From an uncultured Candidatus Bathyarchaeia archaeon (GTDB lineage: Archaea > Thermoproteota > Bathyarchaeia > Bathyarchaeales > Bathyarchaeaceae), in assembly GCA_964346135.1 (NCBI GenBank), contig CAYFTS010000056.1:1-37819 (forward strand): a stretch of DNA of 37,819 bases, given 5' to 3'. How positions within the stretch are numbered: the stretch's first letter is position 1; every line of letters begins with the position of its first letter. This document shows, piece by piece, positions 1-8,085 of the stretch. The notes under the pieces were generated by a model. That model was not told the origin of the DNA. It did not search any database and was given only the letters and a program-made list of their open reading frames with translations. A program made the position numbers and the translations under genes.

Positions 1-861
1 TTTAACATTAGTGATTTTTATGTCGTTAGTGTATCTAACCGTTATGCTAAGTGTGTAGGTGTCATTGTTCGCCGTGTCGTCGGTAACTGTCAGCGTCACC
101 TGATGAGCTTCAGACACCATGTATTGATGAGTTACGATTTCACCCGTTCCTGTTGTTCCATCGCCGAAATCCCATTCGTAGCTGACAATTGTTCCATCTT
201 GGTCGTAACTTGTGGAGGCATTGAAAGTCACTGTCTCATTTATTTTTGGGCTGTTCGGAGAATAGGTGAAGTGTGCTACAGGAGGAAATTCTAGGTTGGT
301 GAAGAAACCGTTTACTGGAGTGAAAGGAATATTCTTTGGAACTTGACCTCCTCCAAAAAAAGCCATCTCTATTAGTTTGGTGCCAGTCAATTTTTGGTCT
401 TCATAAGGACGGCCATTTTTGAGTACAATCGTGTTGTTGATGTTCAAGTAACTTTCACCCGTTCCGAGAACCTTAAACTCTACAGTAGCAAGGGTTCCAG
501 ATCCATCTACTCCACTGTATTGGCCTTTCGTTGCCCACATGAACATCACCCAACCTTCCTCTACAAGAGGGGGGACAGTAGTTGTTCCTTCGGGTTGTTC
601 CTTGAGGATTTCGCCTTGGATCACGTTGACATATTCCAAGATGTTGGGGTCAAAGCTCATGTTAACTTGATAAGAATACAGATTGATGACATTTTTAACT
701 TCTACGTCTACAGTGAAGGTTTCACCAGGCATTGCTCTGCTTATCTCAGGTTCTACGAAGACTATAGTATTAGTGGCAGAGGATATCATTCCAACATTCA
801 TCAACGCTGTTGGAACAATAACAAGCATAAATAACAAAAACAAACTCTTCTCCCTTCTCAT
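1..861 (-). CDS. Secreted cohesin-domain plus PKD-domain protein. N-terminal 287 aa are visible; the 3' end runs off the left edge of the window.
   Basis: Absent from the supplied ORF track because it is open to base 1. Reverse-strand ATG at 859-861 is preceded by GGTGG (SD-like) and an AT-rich box. My translation is MRREKSLFLLFMLVIVPTALMNVG... (signal peptide). It continues with a cohesin-like module IVFVEPEISRAMPGETFTVDVEVKNVINLYSYQVNMSFDPNILEYVNV...GTLATVEFKVLG (about nt 367-765). A classic PKD module follows: VTFNASTSYDQDGTIVSYEWDFGDGTTG...VTLTVTDD (about nt 37-282). The plus-strand track ORFs 103-294 and 394-834 lie antisense to it and look spurious. Confidence 0.75.
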   Translation of the reverse strand, partial: MRREKSLFLLFMLVIVPTALMNVGMISSATNTIVFVEPEISRAMPGETFTVDVEVKNVINLYSYQVNMSFDPNILEYVNVIQGEILKEQPEGTTTVPPLVEEGWVMFMWATKGQYSGVDGSGTLATVEFKVLGTGESYLNINNTIVLKNGRPYEDQKLTGTKLIEMAFFGGGQVPKNIPFTPVNGFFTNLEFPPVAHFTYSPNSPKINETVTFNASTSYDQDGTIVSYEWDFGDGTTGTGEIVTHQYMVSEAHQVTLTVTDDTANNDTYTLSITVRYTNDIKITNVK

Positions 862-1008
862 CACACTGACCACCCAATCAAATTTGAAGTATTAAATACG
901 TTCTCACCAAATCATTTAAAGTTATCTGCTTTTCTCATTGATTCCACTTTGACGCTTTCCCACAGCAATTTGCGTGAGGATACATGCATGTACACAACTC
1001 TTGAAGAG

Positions 1009-2709
1009 TTAGGTAGCACCATAATTCATACAAACTATCAAGACATCTTGCATCTCCACAATACCATCCCTATTCAAGTCAGCGGCTTGATCGTATTGCG
1101 GTTGCCACCAGAAGTATCCATAGGACAAACTGAGCCTAGCTAAATCAAGAGCATCAACAATTCCATCCTCGTTCACGTCTCCTGCCAACGAAGTTCTGTA
1201 GTAAATATCCCAGTTACCGTCCGGCTGATCTGCTCTATTCGACGTCCACACCACCCAAACCTTCGTATCGCACGTTTGAATTGCAAAAGGCCAAGTATCC
1301 TCTGCATTATCTGTGGTAAACTGAACGCTTTCAGACCATGTGACGCCATTGTCATTTGAAGTCTTGAAGTAGATATCACCCGTAGCTGTCTGTGAAAGTT
1401 CGTCTGACCCCCAAAACACCCATATTGTTCCATCCAAAGCTTGAAGAATCGAAGGCGAAGAATCACTTTTGGTACTATTGGTCAGTCTCTTGTCAATTGA
1501 CCAGGATAATCCATCATATTTTTTGTAAAAAATTTCATCGTCTCCAGTTCTGTTAGAAGACCAAACCACCCAGAATTCACCATCTTGAGTCTGAATGATT
1601 GAAGGACCATTGTCCTTATTTGTGTCATTAGTGACTTGTTTTTCGTCGGACCAGGAAGATCCAAAATCAGAAGATGCTTTGTAGAATATGTCATTATTGC
1701 CGTTTCTGTTTGAAGCCCATAAAACGTAGATAGTTCCATTAGCGGCTTGGAAGATTGAAGGGTCTAAATCTTCAACCTCATTATCAGTTAGTGCGATGTC
1801 GTTGGACCATGAAGTTGCATAGTCATGAGAGACTTTGTAATAAATCTCGTGGTCTTGTATTGTCTGTGTCACACCCGCCTCTTCGACGAAAGATGAAGAT
1901 AACTCGTGGCTAACACCGCGTGTTTTTTTGGAGTATGACACAACTTGATTGTTTTCTAATCTCTTCTTCACATCGAAAAGGGAAAGAGACTTTGTATAGG
2001 CAAGAGGAGATGACTCTGTGATTTCTAAATAAATGTTGACACTGCGGGTGATTTTTCCACTTTTCCCCATAACTAGAAAAGTATAGTTTCCAGGAGTCGC
2101 TGTTGCTTCAACTGAAACTGTCAGGATTGAAGTGACGCTGCCATTTGGGGTGGGCGTAACTTCTGTTGGATTTAGAGCGGTATTAACGCCTAAGGGAGCG
2201 CTGAGAACTCTCAAACTAACTGTTTCATTGAATCCGTTCAATGAGGTTACCGTGACTATTGAGTTCTTAGAGCTGTTTTGCGGTATTGTTAAGTATTGTG
2301 GGAACCCAGTCATGGAAAAGTCAGGCTCTGGAGGCGGAGGCTGAGGCGGTCTGTTTGATGCCCACGCAACGAATATTGTACCATTGTTCAATTGAACAAC
2401 CGATGGATTCGAATCGTCTCCTGAGGTATATATATCAGTAAGGTTGCCTTTATGAAACCACGTCGACCCATAATCATATGAGAGAGAATAGAAAAGCGAG
2501 ATATTTTCCAAGGCTTTCTCTGACCAGACGATCAAAATCGTTCCGTCTTCAAGCTGGGTGAGAGATGGAAAGCCATCAAAGAATGGAAAATCTGTTAGTC
2601 GATGTGCCTGAGTCGACCATGTAGCCGCCTTCACAGTTGTCACGGTCGTTGTGGCTACAATTAGAATTGGAAAAAGAATTAGAATAGTAGCCATCGATTT
2701 GCAATGCAT
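1009..2709 (-). CDS. Secreted BNR/Asp-box repeat (sialidase-like beta-propeller) protein with an inserted Ig-like module and a C-terminal dockerin
   Basis: N-terminal hydrophobic signal (MATILILFPILIVATTTVTTVKA). Repeated Asp-box motifs SxDxGxTW are present (SYDYGSTW, SHDYATSW, SSDFGSSW, SNDNGVTW). A Pro-rich linker (PPQPPPPEP) is followed by an Ig-like segment. The C-terminal 60 aa carry two EF-hand-like dockerin segments, DVNEDGIVDALD and DLNRDGIVEMQD (about nt 1012-1191). Confidence 0.8.
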   Translation of the reverse strand: MHCKSMATILILFPILIVATTTVTTVKAATWSTQAHRLTDFPFFDGFPSLTQLEDGTILIVWSEKALENISLFYSLSYDYGSTWFHKGNLTDIYTSGDDSNPSVVQLNNGTIFVAWASNRPPQPPPPEPDFSMTGFPQYLTIPQNSSKNSIVTVTSLNGFNETVSLRVLSAPLGVNTALNPTEVTPTPNGSVTSILTVSVEATATPGNYTFLVMGKSGKITRSVNIYLEITESSPLAYTKSLSLFDVKKRLENNQVVSYSKKTRGVSHELSSSFVEEAGVTQTIQDHEIYYKVSHDYATSWSNDIALTDNEVEDLDPSIFQAANGTIYVLWASNRNGNNDIFYKASSDFGSSWSDEKQVTNDTNKDNGPSIIQTQDGEFWVVWSSNRTGDDEIFYKKYDGLSWSIDKRLTNSTKSDSSPSILQALDGTIWVFWGSDELSQTATGDIYFKTSNDNGVTWSESVQFTTDNAEDTWPFAIQTCDTKVWVVWTSNRADQPDGNWDIYYRTSLAGDVNEDGIVDALDLARLSLSYGYFWWQPQYDQAADLNRDGIVEMQDVLIVCMNYGAT

Positions 2710-2793
2710 GTTGGGACACCGCGAGTATGAATCGTGTATTTGAGAGAGAACATAAAAAGGGGGAAGGAAATTGGTTTGTTTCTAGTTTTGCTT

Positions 2794-4833
2794 CTAGCTT
2801 CCAGTAACCCACCAAGTGTAGGTTCTGACCTTTTCCGCTTGGATCCATGGAGTTGTATGATATCCGTCTTCGTCAGTCCAGGTGTATCTGTACTCGCCAG
2901 TTAATGTAGTGATCCATTTGCCCGTATCATAGCTCTTCAGTGTCCAATAGGCGACTGGAAGTTCAAGGTTTTCTTCGGGTTGAATGACGAAGCTCTCTGG
3001 GAACACTGGGTTGAACTTTGAGAATTCCACCTTTACTCTTAAGGAGTCTACTCTCATGGGTCCACCAGTGAGACCTGGATCATAGTTGTATATCAGAACG
3101 GATAGGCTGTTGAGTCCTTCTTCCGTTAGAGTCGCTGGGATTCTCTCAGATACTGTTTCGTCGAGCCAACGCACGCTTCCCCAATCCCATGTTTCGGTTC
3201 CATATAATGAGCCGAGCCAGACAAACATGGCTGGGTCGATGCTATAGACGTCTATGTCCATACCCTCGTCGGCTCCGTTGGGATACTGGGTATAGCCTTC
3301 AAGAATTACATTGCCAATGAGTCGGTCGCCTAGCACGAGGTCCTCAAAGCCGTAAACCGAAGTCATGGCACCGTCGATAGAGCTTTCAGCGTAGTTGCCA
3401 TCAGGTGGGCCAAACAAGCTTGTTCCAGGATTGATCCAATCCCATTCTAGCCATGGATCATACTCGTTGACGTACAGGTATTCAAAGTCTATTGGACCGA
3501 AACCCGAGTATATCTGTCCGCTGTAGATCTGAAGTCTTTGACCGTCTTCTACACGGTACATGTCCCAATGAGTCCTTACTTCCAGTGGCACACTGGCTAG
3601 GTTCTTGATTTTTGTTCCGAAGTATTGTATATCGCCAACTGTCTTGGCACGCTTGCCTGTGCTTCCCATGATTAGCTCTGCGGTTGGTCCGTAGTATGCA
3701 CTATCGGCAGTTTGGTGAAGTAGGGCTGCCCCATTACTGTCGAGTAGATCTACATCAACCAGATTGATCGGCGAATTGCCCGCGCTCACAATTTTGAACT
3801 TGATTGTTGCCAATGTTCCATTTCCATTTGCTCCGACATTTGGCTTGAGGAAAGTTGGGAGTCGCGTGTATCCTATGTTAACCGTTCCTGTCAGGACGTC
3901 GATTGTCTTGACGAAATGGGTGTTGTAGCCGTCTTGATCCAAGAAGTCACCTTTGATGATTTCAGCGGCTATAATGGTCTTTGCGAAAGGTGCATAGTCC
4001 ACTTTGAAACCTACAGTCCACAGATCTGTGGCGTTGGCTACGTTTATATCGACGTAGAATTCGTCACTCCAATATGAGTAGTCTGCCGTAATCTCTGCAG
4101 AATCACTGGGTACATACAGGAAAGTTACCACGCCGGTCTTGTCGACGATTGTGTAGTCAACATATCTGGTTTGAGGAACACCGTCAACGTAGATGGTTTC
4201 GCTTTCGTAATCTAATGGGGGACTAGAGAGACTGAACTCCGCGATGTATGATGTATAATCTGCCGTGACTGTTGCAGTATCGGCTGGCAGATATAGGAAG
4301 GTTATCTCACCAGTCCAGAAGTCAATTGCATAATCCGTATCTCTCGTTTGAGGAACGCCGTCAACGTAGATGGTTTCGCTTTCAGGAATCACCGGAGTTT
4401 CAGCGAGGCTGAACTCTAGGTTACCGTATTTGTAGTCTGCGGTGATTACCGCGTCCTTGCGAGGAGCATTGTCAAACGTTATTGTGCCAGTCCAGTAATC
4501 AATGGTGTACTTGCCGGCATGCGCCACGTGACCAGCGATGTAGACAGTTTCAGTTGACTCACCCACTGGAGTGTTGGCGAGATAAAACACCGTGGTGTCA
4601 CCGTCCCCAACTCCAAGGGTTTCGTTCACAACTGTAGTCCACATTTCAACTCCGACAGCGTCACCCACAACTGGGTAATGAAACCTCGTGTCTAAGGTCT
4701 CAACCATGCTGGGGTCCACGTAGACTACTGCTTCTGTCCCTTGAGCGCTAACAACCGGTAGCGTAGCAGCAACCATCACTGCAATCCAAGAAAGCCATAA
4801 CAAGTTTTTGATTTTTCCTTTCATTCTATTCAC
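2794..4833 (-). CDS. Secreted cohesin-domain protein with three tandem ~59-aa repeats and a ~300-aa C-terminal region of unknown function
   Basis: Signal peptide MNRMKGKIKNLLWLSWIAVMVAATLPVVSAQG. Cohesin-like module FYVDINVANATDLWTVGFKVDYAP...GTLATIKFKIVSAGNSPINLVDVDLLDSNG (about nt 3709-4062), resembling the cohesin in the 1-861 ORF. It begins 9 nt downstream of the dockerin-bearing SBP gene, so co-transcription is likely. Confidence 0.7.
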   Translation of the reverse strand: MNRMKGKIKNLLWLSWIAVMVAATLPVVSAQGTEAVVYVDPSMVETLDTRFHYPVVGDAVGVEMWTTVVNETLGVGDGDTTVFYLANTPVGESTETVYIAGHVAHAGKYTIDYWTGTITFDNAPRKDAVITADYKYGNLEFSLAETPVIPESETIYVDGVPQTRDTDYAIDFWTGEITFLYLPADTATVTADYTSYIAEFSLSSPPLDYESETIYVDGVPQTRYVDYTIVDKTGVVTFLYVPSDSAEITADYSYWSDEFYVDINVANATDLWTVGFKVDYAPFAKTIIAAEIIKGDFLDQDGYNTHFVKTIDVLTGTVNIGYTRLPTFLKPNVGANGNGTLATIKFKIVSAGNSPINLVDVDLLDSNGAALLHQTADSAYYGPTAELIMGSTGKRAKTVGDIQYFGTKIKNLASVPLEVRTHWDMYRVEDGQRLQIYSGQIYSGFGPIDFEYLYVNEYDPWLEWDWINPGTSLFGPPDGNYAESSIDGAMTSVYGFEDLVLGDRLIGNVILEGYTQYPNGADEGMDIDVYSIDPAMFVWLGSLYGTETWDWGSVRWLDETVSERIPATLTEEGLNSLSVLIYNYDPGLTGGPMRVDSLRVKVEFSKFNPVFPESFVIQPEENLELPVAYWTLKSYDTGKWITTLTGEYRYTWTDEDGYHTTPWIQAEKVRTYTWWVTGS
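4075..4560 (-). repeat. Three in-frame tandem repeats (period 177 nt / 59 aa) inside the 2794-4833 CDS
   Basis: Protein repeats: ESTETVYIAGHVAHAGKYTIDYWTGTITFDNAPRKDAVITADY, ESETIYVDGVPQTRDTDYAIDFWTGEITFLYLPADTATVTADY and ESETIYVDGVPQTRYVDYTIVDKTGVVTFLYVPSDSAEITADY. At DNA level, gtttgaggaac[a/g]ccgtcaacgtagatggtttcgctttc occurs at 4169-4206 and 4346-4383, exactly 177 nt apart. Confidence 0.8.
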
Positions 4834-4842
4834 CTCATGTTC

Positions 4843-6915
4843 TTATGAGCCGTATTCCCTTGGTACACCCCAGTAGAAGCTCAGCAATGTAACGTCTGTT
4901 GCGTCAACGATGCCATCTTCGTTAACATCTGCTAGCGGGTTGTATCCTGCCTGACCTAAGCGTTTTCCGAAGCTTAGGCTCATCGCGCTAAGATCAGTGG
5001 CATCCATATCACCATCACTGTTAGTGTCGCCGATTTTGTGGAACATTTCCACTACCATTGAACCAACATCCGTCGTGTCAACGAAATAGTTATCATTGCG
5101 ACTGAAGTCTGCGACTCCTCCTGTCGTGTCATAGCCTCCGAACACGTACGGTCCTGTTCCAAACAGTTGAGTTGGTGTTGACACAGGGCCGGTGTTTGTG
5201 GTGTTTAGCCAAACTGTATATCCAAGAATTGTTTGTTGATCTGCGCCGTCCAGCCAACTCCACACTTGGGGTGGAAGCATTGGAGCAATTTCAGCGAAGT
5301 CATATAGGTTGAACCTGCTTGTCACGTAGGAGTACACCTCAAAGGCGGTGCTATTGATTACTTGCACATCGGCGATGTTTTCCCATCCTGCTCGGTACCT
5401 TGGTATCTGATTGTTTCGCATGAACTCCAAAGCAAATTCGGCGTCGTCGGGTGTGTATAGATTTCCATCTTGCCAGTAGACGTCTGTTCTCAAGTTGAAG
5501 GTTACCTTCATGCCGTTTGTGATGTTAACTTGAGAGCCCGCGGTGACATCGTGGAACCTATCTTCACTGTCAAGAGTGATCGTCATGTTGAGAGGTCCCT
5601 CTAATTTCCAACCTGAAGCAATCCAAGGTAGGTCTTCATGGGTGTACGGGTTTATTGTTATCAATTCATCAAGAACCATGTCGATGATATTCCACTCGTA
5701 AACCGTGCTTGCCCATGTGGGGTTCATTGAATCAGGTTCCAAGTTGAGGCAGAAGATTATCCTGTCATCTCCTGTTCTAGGACGCAGGCCGTCTGGTGTA
5801 GTCCATTCCATGTTCATTAGGGTCCATGGAAGGTTTTCCCAGGGGTCTGAGCCGAAGCCAGGTGAGTTTATGATGCCTCCAAGATCTGGGTCGAAGGCGT
5901 TGAAGTATATCCTTGAGTACATTTGCATGTATGGAAAAGCCCATGGGTTGGATGCGTTGTACAACCATGCTTGAGCCGCATAGGCGGCTTCCACCTGCTC
6001 CCTTTGGTCGAGACCGAACTTCACTATTTCAGTGAGCTCATCAAGTACAGGGTCGTGGATGCCAACGGGGTTGTAGCCATCAGGGATGTCTTGGCTTGAG
6101 TGGGTCATGTCATATAGGTGATCGGGGAACCGGTTAAGGCTCCAGAATATCATGTACATGTCGAAGTCGTGATTAGTGAAGACATCGGTGGTGTACGCGT
6201 TGAAGTCTCTTGGTTGATGAATTATGTTGTTGAGTCCGCATCTATTCCACTCTTCAACTATTCTAGCACCGTGATCATGGGAGGTAGGTGCAGTTTCAGA
6301 GGTTGGCGTCCACAAATACATGGTTGGCAACGGGTTGTCCGATGGATCTGTCCAATAAGCGCTTAGGTCCCCATATCCGCTGCCATGGTAAGTGTAGCCT
6401 GCGCCTTTCAAAACCCCGAACACGCTAGGCGTGCCTGGCGGATCGCTGGCATCACCAGGATTGAACGGATACTGTGGGACATCAGGGTTCACCCAGCCAC
6501 CTTGAGCTGGAGGAACTAGAGATTGAACAGGTGTCACCGTGTATTGATAGATTTGAGCAATTATTTGGTCTTGCGCGTATCCGTGGAAGAGAGCGCGTCT
6601 GAAGTTCACATCATTAAGCACAGGTTTCCTCAAGTTGAAACCGACGTGCCCCATGTGAAAACCAGCGGCGTCTGTAACAGTGAAGCCTAGATTAACCAAC
6701 TGTTCAATGTCTGAGGTCCTTATGAGGTTAGTAAGGATGTCGATATCATGATTCCTCATCGCCAATAGCTGAGCATCAGGTTGTGTGACGAGATACTCAC
6801 GCCAATTGGCTGCGCTCGGACCAGCTGCACTGACGCTCGTACTGCTCATAGCAACGAAGAGAAGCAATGTATGCAGCGAAATCAATGCTATCTTAAATGT
6901 TGTTTTTGATTTCAA
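4843..6915 (-). CDS. ABC transporter substrate-binding protein, family 5 (peptide/oligosaccharide/nickel type), with a C-terminal dockerin. Segment order appears circularly permuted.
   Basis: Family-5 SBP motifs are present: MKVTFNLRTDVYWQDGN (family signature region), LFGTGPYVF...RNDNYF, GFNLRKPVLNDVNFRRALFHGYAQDQII and VPPAQGGW. There is a signal peptide without a lipobox Cys. The TTG start at 6913-6915 has GGAG upstream; the first ATG would delete the signal peptide. The C-terminal dockerin has DTNSDGDMDATD and DVNEDGIVDATD (about nt 4858-5034). The gene is divergent from the permease/ATPase genes of the same transporter. Confidence 0.85.
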   Translation of the reverse strand: MKSKTTFKIALISLHTLLLFVAMSSTSVSAAGPSAANWREYLVTQPDAQLLAMRNHDIDILTNLIRTSDIEQLVNLGFTVTDAAGFHMGHVGFNLRKPVLNDVNFRRALFHGYAQDQIIAQIYQYTVTPVQSLVPPAQGGWVNPDVPQYPFNPGDASDPPGTPSVFGVLKGAGYTYHGSGYGDLSAYWTDPSDNPLPTMYLWTPTSETAPTSHDHGARIVEEWNRCGLNNIIHQPRDFNAYTTDVFTNHDFDMYMIFWSLNRFPDHLYDMTHSSQDIPDGYNPVGIHDPVLDELTEIVKFGLDQREQVEAAYAAQAWLYNASNPWAFPYMQMYSRIYFNAFDPDLGGIINSPGFGSDPWENLPWTLMNMEWTTPDGLRPRTGDDRIIFCLNLEPDSMNPTWASTVYEWNIIDMVLDELITINPYTHEDLPWIASGWKLEGPLNMTITLDSEDRFHDVTAGSQVNITNGMKVTFNLRTDVYWQDGNLYTPDDAEFALEFMRNNQIPRYRAGWENIADVQVINSTAFEVYSYVTSRFNLYDFAEIAPMLPPQVWSWLDGADQQTILGYTVWLNTTNTGPVSTPTQLFGTGPYVFGGYDTTGGVADFSRNDNYFVDTTDVGSMVVEMFHKIGDTNSDGDMDATDLSAMSLSFGKRLGQAGYNPLADVNEDGIVDATDVTLLSFYWGVPREYGS

Positions 6916-7050
6916 GATTCTTTCTTCTCCTTTCTTTTACAGCACTAATAGTTAGCTGAGTCTGGATATTAAAAGGTTTTTTGAAATAATCTTATAGAAA
7001 ATACTTCTAATGATAATAGATACATTTAAATTAGTTTCAGAAAAGTTTAT

Positions 7051-8085
7051 GTGAAGAAGAAATGTCCAGCCGTATGCGCAGGAAGTGCTACGGTGAGAAA
7101 ATACCTATTGAAACGTATCATTATAGCGCTGCTGGTCTTATGGGTAGTCGCTACACTAAACTTCGTCATATTTCAGATTTTGTCACCAATAAGTCCAGAA
7201 AAGACGATTTTGGATCCTCAATTCACACCCGAGGTAAGAGCGGCGCTAAGAGAACTATACGGCCTTAACGAACCTATACTTACAAGATATTTCTACTATC
7301 TCAGAAACATGTTCACATGGGACTTCGGTTTCTCCTTTCAGAGTCTGCGTCCAATATCAGCTGAAATGGGATGGCGGCTAGGTAACACTGTACTGCTTCT
7401 CGGTTCGGCATTGATTTTGACAATCGCGGTGGGCATTCCCCTGGGGATACTAGCTGCCTCGAGGAGAGGATCTAAACTGGATGTTGCGGCGATTGGCGCT
7501 GGATTGTTCACATGGGGAGTTCCAATTTTCTTCATTGAACTGTTGTTCTTAATCTTCTTTGCATTGGGTCTTCGAGAAGTGTTTGGTTTCCAAGTTTTCC
7601 CTTTGTCACACATCTACAGCCCATCTCCTCCAACAAATCCGATTCTTTTCATAGCTGATGTTGCATGGCATCTATCTCTCCCTCTTATAACGTTGACAGT
7701 TGCATCGTTTGGTTTCTGGGCGCTATACACTAGAAATATCTTGCTGGAGAGCCTTACACAGGATTTCGTGATGACAGCTCGTGCTAAGGGGCTCAGCGAG
7801 AGAACTGTGTTGTATGGACACGCCTTCAGAAGCACGCTTCCTCCCGTTGTTACAATGGTCACGCTAGCTGTCCCGGGAATAGTGACTGGAGCCATGATAA
7901 CTGAATGGATATTTCAGCTACCCGGAATTGGCCGTTGGTACTTGGATGGGCTGTTGGCTGGGGACTACCCAGTGGTTCAATCCGTGCTTTTTATCTATGC
8001 TGTCCTGACGATCGCGGCCAATCTTATTGCCGACCTTTTGTATGGAGTGTTGGATCCGCGTATACGTGTAGGTGAAAGAAGGTAG
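7051..8085 (+). CDS. ABC transporter permease, OppB/DppB type
   Basis: Typical N-terminus (RKYLLKRIIIALLVLWVVATLNFVIFQ), six hydrophobic segments, an EAA-loop region (FVMTARAKGLSERTVLYGHAFR) and the C-terminal DLLYGVLDPRIR. The real start may be the in-frame GTG at 7093 (VRKYLLKR...). Confidence 0.9.
   Translation: MKKKCPAVCAGSATVRKYLLKRIIIALLVLWVVATLNFVIFQILSPISPEKTILDPQFTPEVRAALRELYGLNEPILTRYFYYLRNMFTWDFGFSFQSLRPISAEMGWRLGNTVLLLGSALILTIAVGIPLGILAASRRGSKLDVAAIGAGLFTWGVPIFFIELLFLIFFALGLREVFGFQVFPLSHIYSPSPPTNPILFIADVAWHLSLPLITLTVASFGFWALYTRNILLESLTQDFVMTARAKGLSERTVLYGHAFRSTLPPVVTMVTLAVPGIVTGAMITEWIFQLPGIGRWYLDGLLAGDYPVVQSVLFIYAVLTIAANLIADLLYGVLDPRIRVGERR

Noticed and set aside
103-834. Plus-strand track ORFs 103-294 and 394-834
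   Set aside because: They lie antisense to an edge-truncated minus-strand ORF that encodes clear signal-peptide, cohesin-like and PKD (WDFGDG) motifs. The plus-strand translations are Cys/His/Phe-rich with no motifs.
1173-1739. Minus-strand overlapping ORFs 1173-1466 and 1482-1739 (and similar nested ORFs throughout, such as 5705-5974, 7338-8286, 8650-9146, 9574-10461, 25061-25909, 26302-26848, 34527-34800 and 35024-35929)
   Set aside because: All are nested in or antisense to much longer ORFs with strong family motifs. They have low-complexity or Arg/Ser/Cys-rich translations typical of out-of-frame readthrough.
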